A stretch of DNA of 64,000 bases from Antedon mediterranea (lineage: Eukaryota; Animalia; Echinodermata). A program made the translations under genes and the position numbers. The notes under the pieces were generated by a model. The model had not been told where the DNA came from. It saw only the letters and a program-made list of their open reading frames with translations, and did no database searches. Positions 13,881-27,780 of this stretch are shown here, one piece after another. Numbering within the stretch: position 1 is the first letter of the stretch; every line of letters starts with the position of its first letter. The stretch is from contig NC_092677.1 of the NCBI RefSeq assembly GCF_964355755.1, positions 62,001 to 126,000 on the forward strand, given 5' to 3'.

Positions 13881-15114
13881 ACAAACAACAACAAAAGCCA
13901 GTCTAAAATATGACCAACTACATTATAACGCTATTTATTTATTAAGTAAAATACGTATACATTATTATATTCAATAGATTTGAACGGGAATCAAAGCTGA
14001 CTGTAGGCCTATAACACTAAAATAAAAATTATTCCAAATTCTGGTTAAAAATATAGATCCGGCAATGTGACAAAGACAATAAAACAGTTGAAATGAACGA
14101 TGTCATTCGGTCAACAGATTCTGCTAATTGTTGAATAATATATTTAATAATTATGATATGACCAGTGTCTGCAAACTAAGCTATAAAGGTTTGTGCTGTA
14201 CAAATTAATAATAGTTTGAAGAGGAAGGAAAGTAGTACAGTACGGAAGGGGATATCCTTAGCATGATACACCAGGCAGCCTGTTAAGAGGCTGCTAATAC
14301 TTAAATACCAGGCAGCCTGTTAAGAGGCTGCTAATACTTAAATACCGACGTCGTTAATACCAAATTGAAACCTAACGCCATTCCTTTATTTTGTTTATAA
14401 ACTATTCTAATTAAAACTTTCTCTTTACGTTATTTACATAAATCATAAACAAAAGTCTTAGGCCCGTAGTATTTAAACGCTGATTCTCTTGAGCTTAAAT
14501 AGTCTCTGGGATACTGCAGGTTAAAACTCGCCTTTGCCATTTTCTAACTATCTTTATACTTTAATATGTAGTAGATTTATCTATTTACCTTAAAAATACA
14601 ATCCATGACTGTAATTAGGACTAAGATGTAAAGACTTGGAAACGATTTCTTCTTGTCTTACTAATCGCCACCGACCGTATTTTATTAAAACATACGGTGT
14701 GTCTTGATAACGGTCGTTTGACTTCCTTCAAAAATACTTGGTTCACTAATGTATTAATAGTAGATTTATCTTGTAATAGTAGATTTGGGGAGTGGAAACA
14801 CCCACTTCCAGCCTTACTTTGTACATCACTGTTATCATCCAACATAATGGCATTCTTTTAATAGGCATGCGATAAAGTAATATTATAATTACACCAATAA
14901 ACAAATATATATAGGCCTATATTTATCAAATAATTAATATTAAAAATAAATTTATTAAATGATCAACTTTCAACAACCTTGTTTTCAATTATAAATAAAC
15001 AACCAACTAAATCGTCAATATTACTAAACCTTCTTTATATTTATCCCATCGCAGTAATTTTGTTTTTCTTTTTTTTTACGTTTCACAGTATTGTTTTGTG
15101 AACTAAAAGAAACC

Positions 15115-15451
15115 AAACATTTTACACACCTATAATATGAAACCTCTAGCTATAATACAATAATCTATGGACGACACTAATATAAAGTTAGAATTAGCAA
15201 TTATTAATACATACTGATAAAAAAGCTTGGTGATAAACAAGTGTATTATACTAACCTATCTGATAATGGCTACCATTTTAGACATTTTAAACATTTTACA
15301 CACCTATAATATGAAACCTCTAGCTATAATGCAATAATCTATGGACGACACTTATATAAAGTTAGAATTAGCAATTATTAATACATACTGATAAAGCTTG
15401 GTGATAAACAAGTGTATTATACTAACCTATCTGATGATGGCTACCATTTTA
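15115..15451. repeat. about 175-bp direct duplication
   Basis: AAACATTTTACACACCTATAATATG...GGCTACCATTTTA occurs twice. Confidence 0.9.
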
Positions 15452-16417
15452 TTCCGCAAATACTACTTATGTTTGCAAATCAGTGAATAGTACTCTTACA
15501 ACAAAACACGTTACTTTTAGCATTTAGGAATGCACGTTTCATAGCGTACAGGTGCAATATATCGGTCAAAATCCCAGTTGGTATGCCAACAATAATACAA
15601 AATTCACGCCGTTTGTCACATGAATTTCCGTGTAATTGTTTGACGTGGTTAACGCTGCTTTTGCTTTCGACCTAATAATTACTCTCATTATCTTCAAACT
15701 GTCAATTGTAATTTTAATTGCTGAATATTTCATATATTTTGGTATCAATGATTGTTTTAATATTTTCGAATGGTGCATGATGTGCTAACATGTATAAACT
15801 GTTATGTTTATGGTGTTATCTCCTGGTAAAAGTGTTGGCCACAATAATTAAATTATTTTGTGTGTTAAAGATAATACTATCGCTCATAGTAATTTTACGT
15901 TATTAAAATAATGTATATTAGTCAATAGGCCTTAATCAATTAATGTATATCTTCCAATTATTCCTTGAACGGAACGAACGAAATCCATAATGTATCATCA
16001 ATTGTTTTGTTGACCTCAAATTACCGTTATACAGAATAAGTCGTTCTCATTACATAATTCCTCTCTTCGGAGACCCGTTTAGTTACAAATTTTTAGTACA
16101 AATCGAAGGCAAATCTTCGGTGAAAAGTTATTCATCATACCCCCCCCCCCCCCCCTACTAGTCGGGTAAACTGTTACTGATGTCAATTCAAGTACAAACA
16201 AATGATTTATTTTAATTCTTCATTCAATCATTATCGTCATTATTATTTCATTTCAATATACTTCATTTTTATGTTTATTTACTAAATTGTTCACATTATT
16301 TTACAATTAATATGAGGGCACTCATTATGTACACAATATAATGTAGGGCCTATGAAATACATATATATATATAGTTGAACAATAATATAGTTATTCACTT
16401 CGACCTAAAATTAAATA

Positions 16418-17216
16418 AATGTTATGTTTTGTGAGAGTCGTGAGGGTGCAGTGATTAATGAATTCTCTTCTTGTATATACCCTCAATGTTATGTTTTGTG
16501 AGAGTGGTGGGGGTGCAGTGATTAATGAATTCTCTTCTTGCATATACCTTCACAATGTTATGTTTTGTGAGAGTGGTGGGGGTGCAGTGATCTTTTATAG
16601 ACCCCCAATATGTTTTGTGAGAGTGGTGGGGTGCAGTGATCTTTTATAGACCCCCAATATGTTTTGTGATAGTGGTGGGGTGCAGTGATCTTTTATAGAC
16701 CCCCAATATGTTTTGTGATAGTGGTGGGGTGCAGTGATCTTGTATAGACCCCCAATATGTTTTGTGAGATCACAATATGTTTTGGGATAGTGGTGGGGTG
16801 CAGTGATCTTTTATAGACCCCCAATATGTTTTGTGATAGTGGTGGGGTGCAGTGATCTTTTATAGACCCCCAATATGTTTTGGGATAGTGGTGGGGTGCA
16901 GTGATCTTGTATAGACCCCAATATATTTGTGAGAGTGGTGGGGTGGAGTGATCTTTTACAGACCCCCAATATGTTTTGTGATAGTGGTGGGGTGCAGTGA
17001 TCTTTTATAGACCCCAAATATGTTTTGGGATAGTGGTGGGGTGCAGTGATCTTGTATGGACCCCCAATATGTTTTGGGATAGTGGTGGGGTGCAGTGATC
17101 TTTTATAGACCCCCAATATGTTTTGTGATAGTGGTGGGGTGCAGTAATCTTTTATAGACCCCCAATATGTTTTGTGATAGTGGTGGGGTGCAGTGATCTT
17201 TTATAGACCCCCAATA
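16418..17216. repeat. 49-bp G-rich tandem array
   Basis: Unit TATGTTTTGTGATAGTGGTGGGGTGCAGTGATCTTTTATAGACCCCCAA; longer variant units at the left end. Confidence 0.95.
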
Positions 17217-18355
17217 AAATGCAAATATTTTTCTCTCAAGCACCACATGATCTGTATCTCATGTACCGTAATGTATTTAAATGTTTTTAAAAGAGAGTCA
17301 AAATGTGACTTCGGCCTATGTAAGCAGTATTTGTTGCCTGAATTTGTCTAAATCGGTACATTTTAAGTTGTTTTTCTCTAGATATTTCCGGTAATTTAAA
17401 TAGTTATAAATACAGGAAATTGTTTTGAAAGGAAATCACATTTAAATTTAATTAAAAAATTCAACTTAAAATTTATAGAAGCAGACATACAACAACTAGA
17501 TGACTTGAACCTACAATTGTTGCAGTATTTTGTTTTTACAATACAATTGCCTATAATATATCTAAGTTTGTTTTGTTTTACAATACAATTGCCTATAATA
17601 TATCTAAGTTTTTTTTGTTTGTTTTTTTTGGCAATATAGTTTGAAGTATCTCTGACATTGACGAAAACACCTGATTATTATGCAAATAATGATTATAATG
17701 TAAAACGAACAATTGGTGACGTTTAACGGTTTTTAACGGTTTTGTCAAAATATCGGTTATTTATTACACAATTAGGTAAAAGAAACTCTGTTTTGTATTG
17801 TGGTCTTGTCTTATATACAAAATAAATCGGGGACAAATATTTAATTTTGTGGAAATAATCTATCTAGCTTTGAATGAAAACATTGTATATATTGTAATAT
17901 AAATGTCCTAATGATAATAATAATTATATCACAAAAATGTTTTATAATGCCTAATGGTGCTGGGACGTTTATCATCAACTCTTATAGTTGCTTTCGATTT
18001 GTGAGGATGTAGAAATTAAATGGTTCAAATACGGGGCATGCCCGCACATAATCTGTGAATTGGTTAAAGGAAGTTTGTCCCAGTAATGTATAAAGGCCAT
18101 TTAGGTCGTCGTCGTCGTTGCTTTTCATTTCAATATTTTAACAATGTTTACCATAGGAAATTTAAATAGTCATGGCATAAATATAATAGGTATAGGATTG
18201 TGAATTACCTGGTGGAAGGTGAAATAGTCTCATTTGATAGCATCAGTGTTGATCCGTTGAACATAAAATGGAGAGGTGTCATTTGCATAGGCTGGATACT
18301 TGTCATGTATCGGATGTAAAGCCACCACCTAAATGAATAAAATACATATTATTAA

Positions 18356-19039
18356 AGACCATGATGGAGGAAAAAAAAAATATTGCTCCTAAATTCCAAA
18401 AAATTGTCGATGTGTGTCTCTCCTTCTTAACTTATGTGTTACACGATTTTAAAGCTCAGATACAGGCATGAATTTTAAATATAATATCTTGTTAACTGTA
18501 CATAAATTAAATATTTGTAACAGAAAACAAGACGAACAAACATGAATTTCCCTTAATATGGTCAAATACAAAATTTGGCAAAATTCATAAAAACCAGGAA
18601 GACTTTTTTTCAGTAGTTAGGTAGTTAACCTAATGTAATAACATGTCTGGTGACTCCCTAGAAGGTGAAAAAACATGGTGGATATACGGTGGATAATTTT
18701 TGCTATAGCATGAAAATAAAAATCTGAAGTTGAATAAAAATACCAGAAATGTCAAATTCAATTTATATTACCTATATTTAGTCATCTGATTACCTTTTTT
18801 ACCATACCGTTTATTTTTCATAGCTTTTTAAAATGCCTCTCTATTTACAAAATGTGTGTACAAAAGAATAGAGATTTTACTGTGTAATTTGAACTATCCT
18901 CCACTGATAAGAAAGTGCTTATTTTCAACAAGCTCGTGTAACACAAATAAAATAAATTATGAAACATAAGGGGAAATTATAGATCGATAATTATTGGAAT
19001 GTAAGATCAATAGGAATTTTTTTTTTCGGCACCTGGCCC
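18356..19039. mobile_element. possible old TTAA-flanked non-autonomous DNA element (Kolobok-like)
   Basis: TTAA on both sides; degenerate inverted ends AGACCATG..GAAAAAAAAAA..TATTG versus GGGCCAGG..GAAAAAAAAAA..TATTG. Confidence 0.3.
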
Positions 19040-19756
19040 TTAAGACAAAGACTAACTTTTAGTGGGTGATTGTTCAATTTACCCATTACAGTCCTTTTGT
19101 AGACAATGTTGCAAATCGACAATACTGTACTGTTTCATTTTGTTAATTTCATTGGCAGCTAAAAATGAATGAGTTAAATTAAAAATGATTATTGTAATGA
19201 GAATACTTTTAAAACGGGTATATGTGACTTTATTATCCCACAATAATTTGTTTGGTCGTGGTAGACAAATATAAATAAAATATATCAAAATCAAAACATT
19301 TTATAAATAAAACTAAAATGTTACAAAAATACTAATTGTGCAGTATTTCCTTTTAGACACGAATCAATAGAGGTCTCCCTTCAACAACTTTAAAATGCAG
19401 TAGTAATAATGACGTCCGACTTGTATGAGTAAGTAGGCTTACAGAAGTACTGCATTATCGCAACTTTTCTTTTGAAGGCTCCAGAAATTACAAATATATT
19501 GTATCGACACGGTTATTTAATATTACTGACAAAACTGAATTAAAATCTTTATTTTTGAAACTACAAATTCTATGATATAACAGGCAAGTTCTATGACTGG
19601 CACTTACAGATGTATTGTAGGCCTATTGTATTGTACTGTATTATTATGACTGGCACTTACAGATGTATTGTATTGTATTGTATTGTTTAAGATGTGTCGG
19701 AATGCATTTGTTTTTTAATATTATTATTATTTATATTCAGTGCTGCAGTATGTATA

Positions 19757-19830
19757 AGTTTGGTTCCCACTTGGACGCAACTCGGGGACGTAAGCGCGCC
19801 GCAAATAATTTGACCAATCACGACGCGATG
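19757..19830 (+). mobile_element. truncated left half of the same MITE family as 10473-10651
   Basis: AGTTTGGTTCCCACTTGGACGCAAC...GGACGTAA...TTGACCAATCAC aligns with the left arm of the 10473 element. Confidence 0.75.
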
Positions 19831-19851
19831 AGTCATTATTTATTTTATTAC

Positions 19852-22299
19852 CAGTAAGACTGGTATTCTATCACCGTACCGTCACGGCACAGTAAGACTG
19901 GTATTCTATCACCGTACCGTCACGGCACAGTAAGACTGGTATACTATCACCGTACCGTCACGGCACAGTCAGACTGGTATACTATCACCGTACCGTCACG
20001 GCACAGTGAGACTGGTATACTATCACCGTACCGTCACGGCACAGAGTAAGACTGGTATACTATCACCGTACCGTCACGGCACAGTAAGACTGGTATACTA
20101 TCACCGTACCGTCACGGCACAGTAAGACTGTTATACTATCACCGTACCGTCACGGTACAGTAAGACTGGTATACTATCACCGTACCGTCACGGCACAGTA
20201 AGACTGTTATACTATCACCGTACCGTCACGGTACAGTAAGACTGGTATCCTATCACCGTACCGTCACGGTACAGTAAGACTGGTATACTATCACCGTACC
20301 GTCACGGCACAGTAAGACTGTTATACCATCACCGTACCGTCACGGTACAGTAAGACTGGTATACTATCACCGTACCGTCACGGCACAGTAAGACTGGTAT
20401 TCTATCACCGTACCGTCACGGCACAGTAAGACTGGTATACTATCACCGTACCGTCACGGCACAGTAAGACTGGTATTCTATCACCGTACCGTCACGGCAC
20501 AGTAAGACTGGTATACTATCACCGTACCGTCACGGCACAGTAAGACTGTTATACTATCACCGTACCGTCACGGCACAGTGAGACTGGTATACTATCACCG
20601 TACCGTCACGGTACAGTAAGACTGGTATACTATCACCGTACCGTCACGGCACAGTAAGACTGTTATACCATCACCGTACCGTCACGGTACAGTAAGACTG
20701 GTATACTATCACCGTACCGTCACGGCACAGTGAGACTGGTATACTATCACCGTACCGTCACGGTACAGTAAGACTGGTATTCTATCACCGTACCGTCACG
20801 GCACAGTAAGACTGGTATACTATCACCGTACCGTCACGGTACAGTAAGACTGGTATCCTATCACCGTACCGTCACGGTACAGTAAGACTGGTATACTATC
20901 ACCGTACCGTCACGGCACAGTAAGACTGGTATACTATCACAATACCCAGACCCGTAGCCAGGGGGGTTTTATGGTTCGGGCGAAACCCCCCCCCCCTCCC
21001 CCTTTACAGCGAACCCCCCTTAACCGACTGCGAACCCCCATCCCCGACATGCCCAATACTTCACCCTCATCTCCGAAAATACGTGCCCCACAGTACAAAA
21101 AGTTGTTCGTAAATTAAAAAATTCGTAAACTCGTTCGGAATAACTCATACAGTACCTTCTTCCCTGTATGAGCGTACTTCGAGCGATATAGTCTGTAAAG
21201 AGTTGCAAATGAATTGCCGATTTTAACCTGAAAAATAAATGTTTGGTCCCTGCATGTAACATGATATTGACGCGTCTCACAGCGAGCTGGGGGACGAACG
21301 ATTCGTACAAAGGACACCGCCAGACAACTGCGTACCAATTGTTTAGATCACTGGCAGTCAGGCAGCATGCATAAAGTATATAGCCTTCCGACATACATCA
21401 GTATTTATGTGTGGCTATGAAGTATAATGTATCATAGAGGATTATAGTGAATATTAATATTTTACACTATAATATCTATGGTATCATGTACTGTAGTTCA
21501 CATTATGGCATCCGATTATTTTTTTTCTAGACCACCAGCCGATACGTACTCAAATGTATCAATATCACCTATTTACATTGGCATATTTAATTTCCTCAAC
21601 AAATTGCTGTAAATAAATATTATAGATAGAGCTATAATAAGAATTGCATTTGCCTTCACCCAGTGTGCTTTTTTCGGGGCTTCTCCTAGACGTACGTTCG
21701 CATTGAACTTGAACGCAAAACAAAATATCGAGTAAATGATCAAACAATCGGCGGTTCCGCACAGAGCACGCGCATCTAACATATAATACATAATACGGCA
21801 ACAAATGTTATCGTTTAAATAGTCCATGAGTCCAAGTACGATCGTTTTGCTCATTGGTAGCATGCTGCATGAGAGTGTCTTTTCCGGCCATCTAGGGGTG
21901 TCATTTAACAAAATTTGCTTCGCCTCAGGCCCCACCCCAGGGGGGGGGGGGAGGTATGGGGGTGGGGGTGACCAAAATACTTAGTGTGCGAACCCCCCCC
22001 TTGACAGATCCTGGCTACGGTCCTGATACCGTCACGGCACAGTGAGACTGTTATACTATCACCGTACCGTCACGGCACAGTGAGACTGGTATACTATCAC
22101 CGTACCGTCACGGCACAGTGAGACTGGTATACTATCACCGTACCGTCACGGCACAGTAAGACTGGTGTACTATCACCGTACCGTCACGGCACAGTGAGAC
22201 TGGAATACTATCAGCGTACCGTCACGGCACAGTAAGACTGGTATACTATCACCGTACCGTCACGGCACAGTAAGACTGGTATTCTATCACCGTACCGTC
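19852..22299. repeat. 38-bp CpG-rich satellite interrupted by a 1.08-kb transposon
   Basis: Unit CAGTAAGACTGGTATACTATCACCGTACCGTCACGGCA at 19852-20940 and 22026-22299. Confidence 0.97.
20947..22025. mobile_element. non-autonomous DNA transposon, CAG...CTG ends, 5-bp TSD (hAT5-like)
   Basis: TIRs CAGACCCGTAGCCAGG / CCTGGCTACGGTCCTG; ATACC duplicated at 20942-20946 and 22026-22030; subterminal GCGAACCCCC motifs; no recognisable transposase. Confidence 0.85.
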
Positions 22300-22716
22300 T
22301 TATCTTTCAAAGTAAACAAAATAACAATTTAAATATAAATAATTAAGAGGCAGTAATAACATCTGGAGGTCTCCTTCCAAAAGATAAACAAACAAAGTAA
22401 ATCAGGATAACGACAAGTTAATAATAATAAAATACTATGGAAGCACAGAAAAACCAGAATAAATATGTTCTTTTATTAATTATTATTACCAATTATGTAT
22501 GGAGTAGAATTTGTTTAAGTTTAAAGGAAAATATTTTTTTAAGGTGCCATTTTAATTTCGTCGGGGAGATCATTAAATAATTTGGTGCCACTATAACGGA
22601 TATTCTGTTGCATTAATGTTAGTTTGGTATGAGGAGGGTGGAGGTTACAGGATGATCTAGTTTTATGGGTATGAATACTATTTTTTATAAAGTTGCAAGA
22701 GAGTTTAGTTGGAAGT
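22300..22716 (-). mobile_element. 5'-truncated LINE remnant (CR1/L2-group ORF2 C-terminus plus 3' UTR)
   Basis: HTHKTRSSCNLHPP...IRYSGTKLFNDLPDEIK resembles the HxYxTR...YxGxKLWNxLPxxIK tail of CR1/L2-group RT ORFs. One further satellite unit follows at 22715-22741. Confidence 0.7.
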
Positions 22717-23095
22717 ATCACCGTACCATCGCGGCACAGTAATTAATTCTGGCTAAAAAATCACCGCAAATTGAGTGTATGAAACTCATCATTATCTATT
22801 GACTAACAAATAGAAAACATCATAAATAAGTTCATTAATATTTATTATTTACTTTAGCCCTACAAACAAAATAATTTATCGTCCAACTTTCTCAAAAGTT
22901 GTCAGTAACCCAGTATTTACGTTGGAATATACCAACACAGCCTAACATTATCGTACGCAATACACAAATCTTTTATTATTAGGATCAACCAACTTTATTT
23001 ATTGCTGTAATGCAACAGTATCATGGTTCATTGTATTTATTCATTGTCAGGTCTGATATTAATTTGGTACGACAAAGCTCCTAACAAAAATGGAA

Positions 23096-23317
23096 TAAGA
23101 AATAAATTATGTCGGGCCAATTTCATATTTAGGGAGGGGACGATACACTTTTATTCTTTTTATCTTGTTATAAGAAATAAATTATGTCGGGCCAATTTCA
23201 TATTTAGGGACGATACACTTTTATTCTTTTTATCTTGTTATAAGAAATAAATTATGTCGGGCCAATTTCATATTTAGGGAGGGGACGATACACTTTTCTT
23301 CTTTTTATCTTGTTATA
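23096..23317. repeat. about 72-bp tandem repeat, 3 copies
   Basis: TAAGAAATAAATTATGTCGGGCCAATTTCATATTTAGGGA occurs three times. Confidence 0.9.
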
Positions 23318-26173
23318 GCTTTAATAGAAAATATGTTTTTTTTTTAAATATAATTTTTTGTGCATTTAACGAAAGAAATCGATTTTGTTTAAATATTTAA
23401 TGATTATATTTGAAAGTCCAGCGAAGAAGTAGGTCTAAATATTATTTCATTTTTTGTTACGAGGTAGCAAAAAATAGGACGAAGTAGCAAAACATGAACA
23501 GCCCCCTCTAAAAATGCGATATCAATCAGAACTACAAAACAGGTCGCAATAAAAGATTTTGCATTCGACATATAACATACATTATAATTATTATGCATAT
23601 TTAGTATTTCGCATCTTATATTTATTTCATTTTGTGAATTTTGAAGTGGGATTTAATGTTTACTCTTTTTTAAAACAAATGTAATAAAATATTTCCATCA
23701 ACTTATGTTTAAGTACACGTGTTGGTACTACTATGCAAATTACATGTGGTGATTAATAACTGAAAGAAACTCGGCGGAAAACAAAGTCATATTACCTACT
23801 ACATAAAGAATATTCGTATTTATTAATTGTTGTACCGATGTGTGTCGTGCTTCAGTCAGAAGAGTTCGTTTACTTCTATATTTTAAGTTAATTGGCCTAA
23901 GTAATTTAAAATGTTTAACCATAACAAATGTATATAGACTAGCTACTATACAGTACTATACTATAAACTAGACTAGACCGTCAATGATATTCTTTGGTAT
24001 AGGCCCTAGCCTATAAAAAGGCCAAATGTGATAAATTTGAAAAATACTTACGTTAAAATAAAAGTTAAAATATAGTAATGAAATCTGTTATATTATTAGT
24101 CTCACTTAGACGTACTCTAGTACTGTTGTCACGAGATTACGCATACGTAATGAGAGTTCGTTACCTGCATTGTACATAGGCCTGTATTCCTGCACATGAT
24201 GCTGTTGTCATTCAAACTATGCCGCTCGTCACTAGTCCGGGGTTGGCAGAATGACAATTACATTTTCCCAATTTTTATTACCAGTTGTGTCTGGTTGTCT
24301 TTGCTTAGTCTCAAATATAATAATTTGCTGAAGAACGGAGCGGTTATAAATGCTTCCTCTGCTTTTTTATTTTAATTTTATGATATTCTATTGATCATTT
24401 TCGTACGTGAAGGCCTTAATAATATTAAGGATATATAACAAAATAGGTAAATGAACAGACTCTATTCTACGAACACACCTATATAGTGCCTACAACTAAT
24501 ATCCCTACATTTCCTGAAAGTCAAATTCCATATTATTATTATTATTATAGTCATAGTTGGTACATGTTGACATATACCACAAGACAGAGGCAACACAAAA
24601 CCAAGTGACTTAATGTTTCCTGTTAAACAGTGTAAAGGAAGTACTGAAGGTAACTGTGATTTTGGTTAGAGGTTTTAAACATGAAATAGGTCTCTACACA
24701 GTAATGCTATAGACATGCCAAAATTAACACATTTCAAGTATAGACATTTGGCTTATGACCGACCCGGTTTAAAAATACCAAAAAAACAATTGTTTTCATA
24801 CTTCAAGATTTATCCAAACTCGCATGTCAAACATTATCACATCCCAAAAGTTGCGATAAACTGAACAGCAAAAGCAATTGAAGAAAAGTCGGTCATTTTT
24901 TTAAAATGTTTAATATATTGAATACTAAATAGTCAGTCCTTGGGTCATACTTTACTCAGATTTGTTGGACACCATATTGTTTTCTATAAGGATCACTGGA
25001 ACTGGATAGGCTACCCTCATTAAAGATAAGAAACAAAAAACATTTAATTCTCAAAGACAGACTCTATACAACTTTTTCCAACAATACTTTTTATTTGTAT
25101 GACAAAATATATCAAAGGCACTTGCAATCTTATGCAATAACATTAAATAAAAGTTGACACATTTGAATGTACTGTTTAAAATGAAAGTAAAAGATGTATG
25201 TACATAAACAGCACCAACGGTAAAATGGTATAAGGCATGTTATACAAAAACAAGTTGGAAAAAAATATAAAAAAAATAGCATCTTAATTGTATATATCTA
25301 TATATATCATGCACTCAAATGAATCCAATAGTATTTTACAAGATTTCTTCTCCAACAATAAACTTTTACTACAAAGTATGATGCCCGCATCATGTTTTCT
25401 TTCACTTTAGTATAAAGTGGAATATCACAATAATACCTTATTAATAACTACAAGGTATTCTGTCAATCAGCTGATGTGACGACACAGCTGATACAAACAG
25501 CATCGTCACCAGTATGTATAGCAAAGCTTAATGATATTGAATTTGTAAACAACAAATAATAAATCCATTAAACACTGCATATTTTATTTGTACCTAAATA
25601 TTAAACACTTTCAAAATGGTTCCTTAAGCTGTGCAAATTCCTTTCTATTTTTTTCAATTTTGCCAGCAAAATTAATGCTAACTATGCAATGTATTTTTTA
25701 AACTCGACATCCTTTTCTTTTTACAGAAAATTGGAAAAATTACTACAAAATTAAGACAAATGATCCACGTACAAAAATCTTGTCTCCACAGTACATGCTA
25801 CAAAGACTTTGGCTGTTTAAAAAATGGAACTCAATTTACCTATTGGAATTGACCAAAACAAAATATCAAGGGCAGTAAGTAGATAATATCTCATGTTTTT
25901 CCATTTGGAAAACTTCATTAAGGAAATTTAGGAGGCCAATTTTGGAATGTCTTGACAATCACCAGACATCATACATATTGGAGTGGAGTAGCCCTACTTA
26001 TCATAATGTAGTATTGGCATCAGCAGGGCAACAGTAAAAATGCTCCAATAGCCAATGAGGTGGTTAAGTGATATGAATAACAATGGGATTGGGCACACAA
26101 CATAATAAATGGGTACATTGAATAATTTGGTTAAAATCTGAAAGACAATTATGATTGAAAGTAAGTAAGATAT

Positions 26174-26511
26174 TCAGTCATCATCACGAGCTGGATTGAC
26201 ACCAACCATGTCATGTAGTTCTTCTGGTGAATACCCCAAGAGACTCTGCAAATCACACACAAATCTGTACACGTAACGCTTACCAGCAGTCTTATGTATA
26301 ATGTTCTTATCATAGTAATAACGAAGACCACGACTTAGTTTTTCATAGTTCATCTTGGGTTTATTTTTTCGTTTGCCCCATCGACGTGCTACCTCATCAG
26401 GATCAGAGAGTTTGAATTCCCATCCATCACCAGTCCAACTAATAATGTGTTGACATGTTTTGTCTGTTAAAAGTTCTAGAAGAAATTGCCACAACTGTAT
26501 TGGTCCACTTC
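26174..26511 (-). CDS. ETS1: ETS1/2 last coding exon, ETS DNA-binding domain
   Basis: [18 protein letters not shown]...[69 protein letters not shown] is diagnostic for ETS1/ETS2/Pointed. TGA at 26174. Confidence 0.97.
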
Positions 26512-26728
26512 CTGAATTTCAACAAAAACACAAATAATATTATTATTATGTTGGTTTCCTGACATGAATTACTAATATGTTGGGAGGGTGGAGTAGAAAT
26601 GAATAATGAAAAGAACAATAAGTAGTAACTGAGCATACAAGGGAGAATAACAATAGTTTGTTCATGATAATAATGGGTGTATCCTAACTGAAATAAACAA
26701 TGTTGAACATTTTGCTGGGTGTTCTTAC

Positions 26729-26923
26729 CTGAATAACCAGCAAGAACTGCAGCTGGTATAACTGGGTTAGAAGGTTGTTCAAGGTACTGTTGTGATGGTG
26801 TCCTACTAGCTAAAGTGTTCATAAGATTCATATCATTACGATGTACTGGATCTGTCATGACCTTTGACACATGAACTGTATGGTACCCCAACATTGATGG
26901 GTCAAACATATCATAACCATAAA
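26729..26923 (-). CDS. ETS1: ETS1/2 coding exon
   Basis: Ends in PVIPAAVLAGYS/G (ETS1 PVIPAAALAGYTG); cag acceptor and gtaag donor, phase 1-1. Confidence 0.92.
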
Positions 26924-27150
26924 CTGAAAAATAAAATATAGATAAAATATGTTATACATACTTGCTTATACACATTTTTCCAAAAAGAGTGCTTGGGTTT
27001 ACTAAAGGCACTGTTTTTTTTTAAAGTAAAATATTATAAAATATTTTAAATTTAAACAACAATTTGTTGTAGTTTGTTTTCCATAAAAATTACATTACAA
27101 CCACAATTAAAAATGATTAGAATTAAGGATAAACTATTGACTAAACTTAC

Positions 27151-27456
27151 CTCTAGCATAATTGTTTGGATAGAACTGCTGCTGCGGTCGAGTGTGTTCA
27201 AACAAGTTGTGTGTGGCATTGTTGTACATTTCTGGGGGAGTAGTTGGTGTTGTGTTTTCTAAATATGAACACGGTGACGAGCTAACACTATAATAATCAG
27301 ATGTGTTGTCCTCTTGTTTAATGTTCAACAAATCTTCGGCATTAAAATCATTTAATGTTTGTAATGATTCAGAGACTTGATACATTCCACAATCACTGAA
27401 TGGTGTCATCGACGGAAGTGAAACTGGAACTGCTTGAGGTGTTTGATCTGGAAAAC
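27151..27456 (-). CDS. ETS1: ETS1/2 coding exon (S/T/P-rich activation region)
   Basis: Open frame FPDQTPQ...NNYAR; tag acceptor and gtaag donor; phases match both neighbours. Confidence 0.85.
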
Positions 27457-27689
27457 CTATGTAAGAAGTAAGATGATCCAAAGTATTTAAAAGACAAGTC
27501 TCTCCCATTCTAATATTATCAATCTTGAACACGGTAGTAATTGGAAAAAAAAAGTTATTTAAGTCTTCTGAATTTCAATAAGTTAAATGAGCATGATTTG
27601 TTGGTAGATGAATATATGAATAAAATGTAGACAGCAACAGGCAATATCCTCTTGAAGACTTAATACAACAACAAGTGACAGAAGAAGAG

Positions 27690-27780
27690 TGTCTGACTGT
27701 CTGATGACCAACTTGAGTCTTATACCACCTTCTCTAAAATGAATATGAGGAGTTATAACTGTGACGTACAGGAACTTATG
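27690..27780 (-). promoter_or_regulatory. candidate internal promoter in ETS1/2 intron
   Basis: Minus strand: TTCCTGT (ETS core) abutting ACGTCAC (CRE half-site), TATAAAG at 27724-27718, and TCAGAC/CAGTC about 25-30 nt downstream. Confidence 0.45.

Noticed and set aside
15431-15452. CTGATGA followed by a short hairpin, as a second hammerhead
   Set aside because: No GAAA box follows the stem.
21020-21935. ORFs inside the 1.08-kb transposon as a possible transposase
   Set aside because: Short, with no recognisable DDE, BED-finger or dimerisation motifs.
19852-22299. CRISPR-like appearance of 27-38 bp palindromic repeats
   Set aside because: Units are head-to-tail without unique spacers, there are no cas genes, and the context is eukaryotic.
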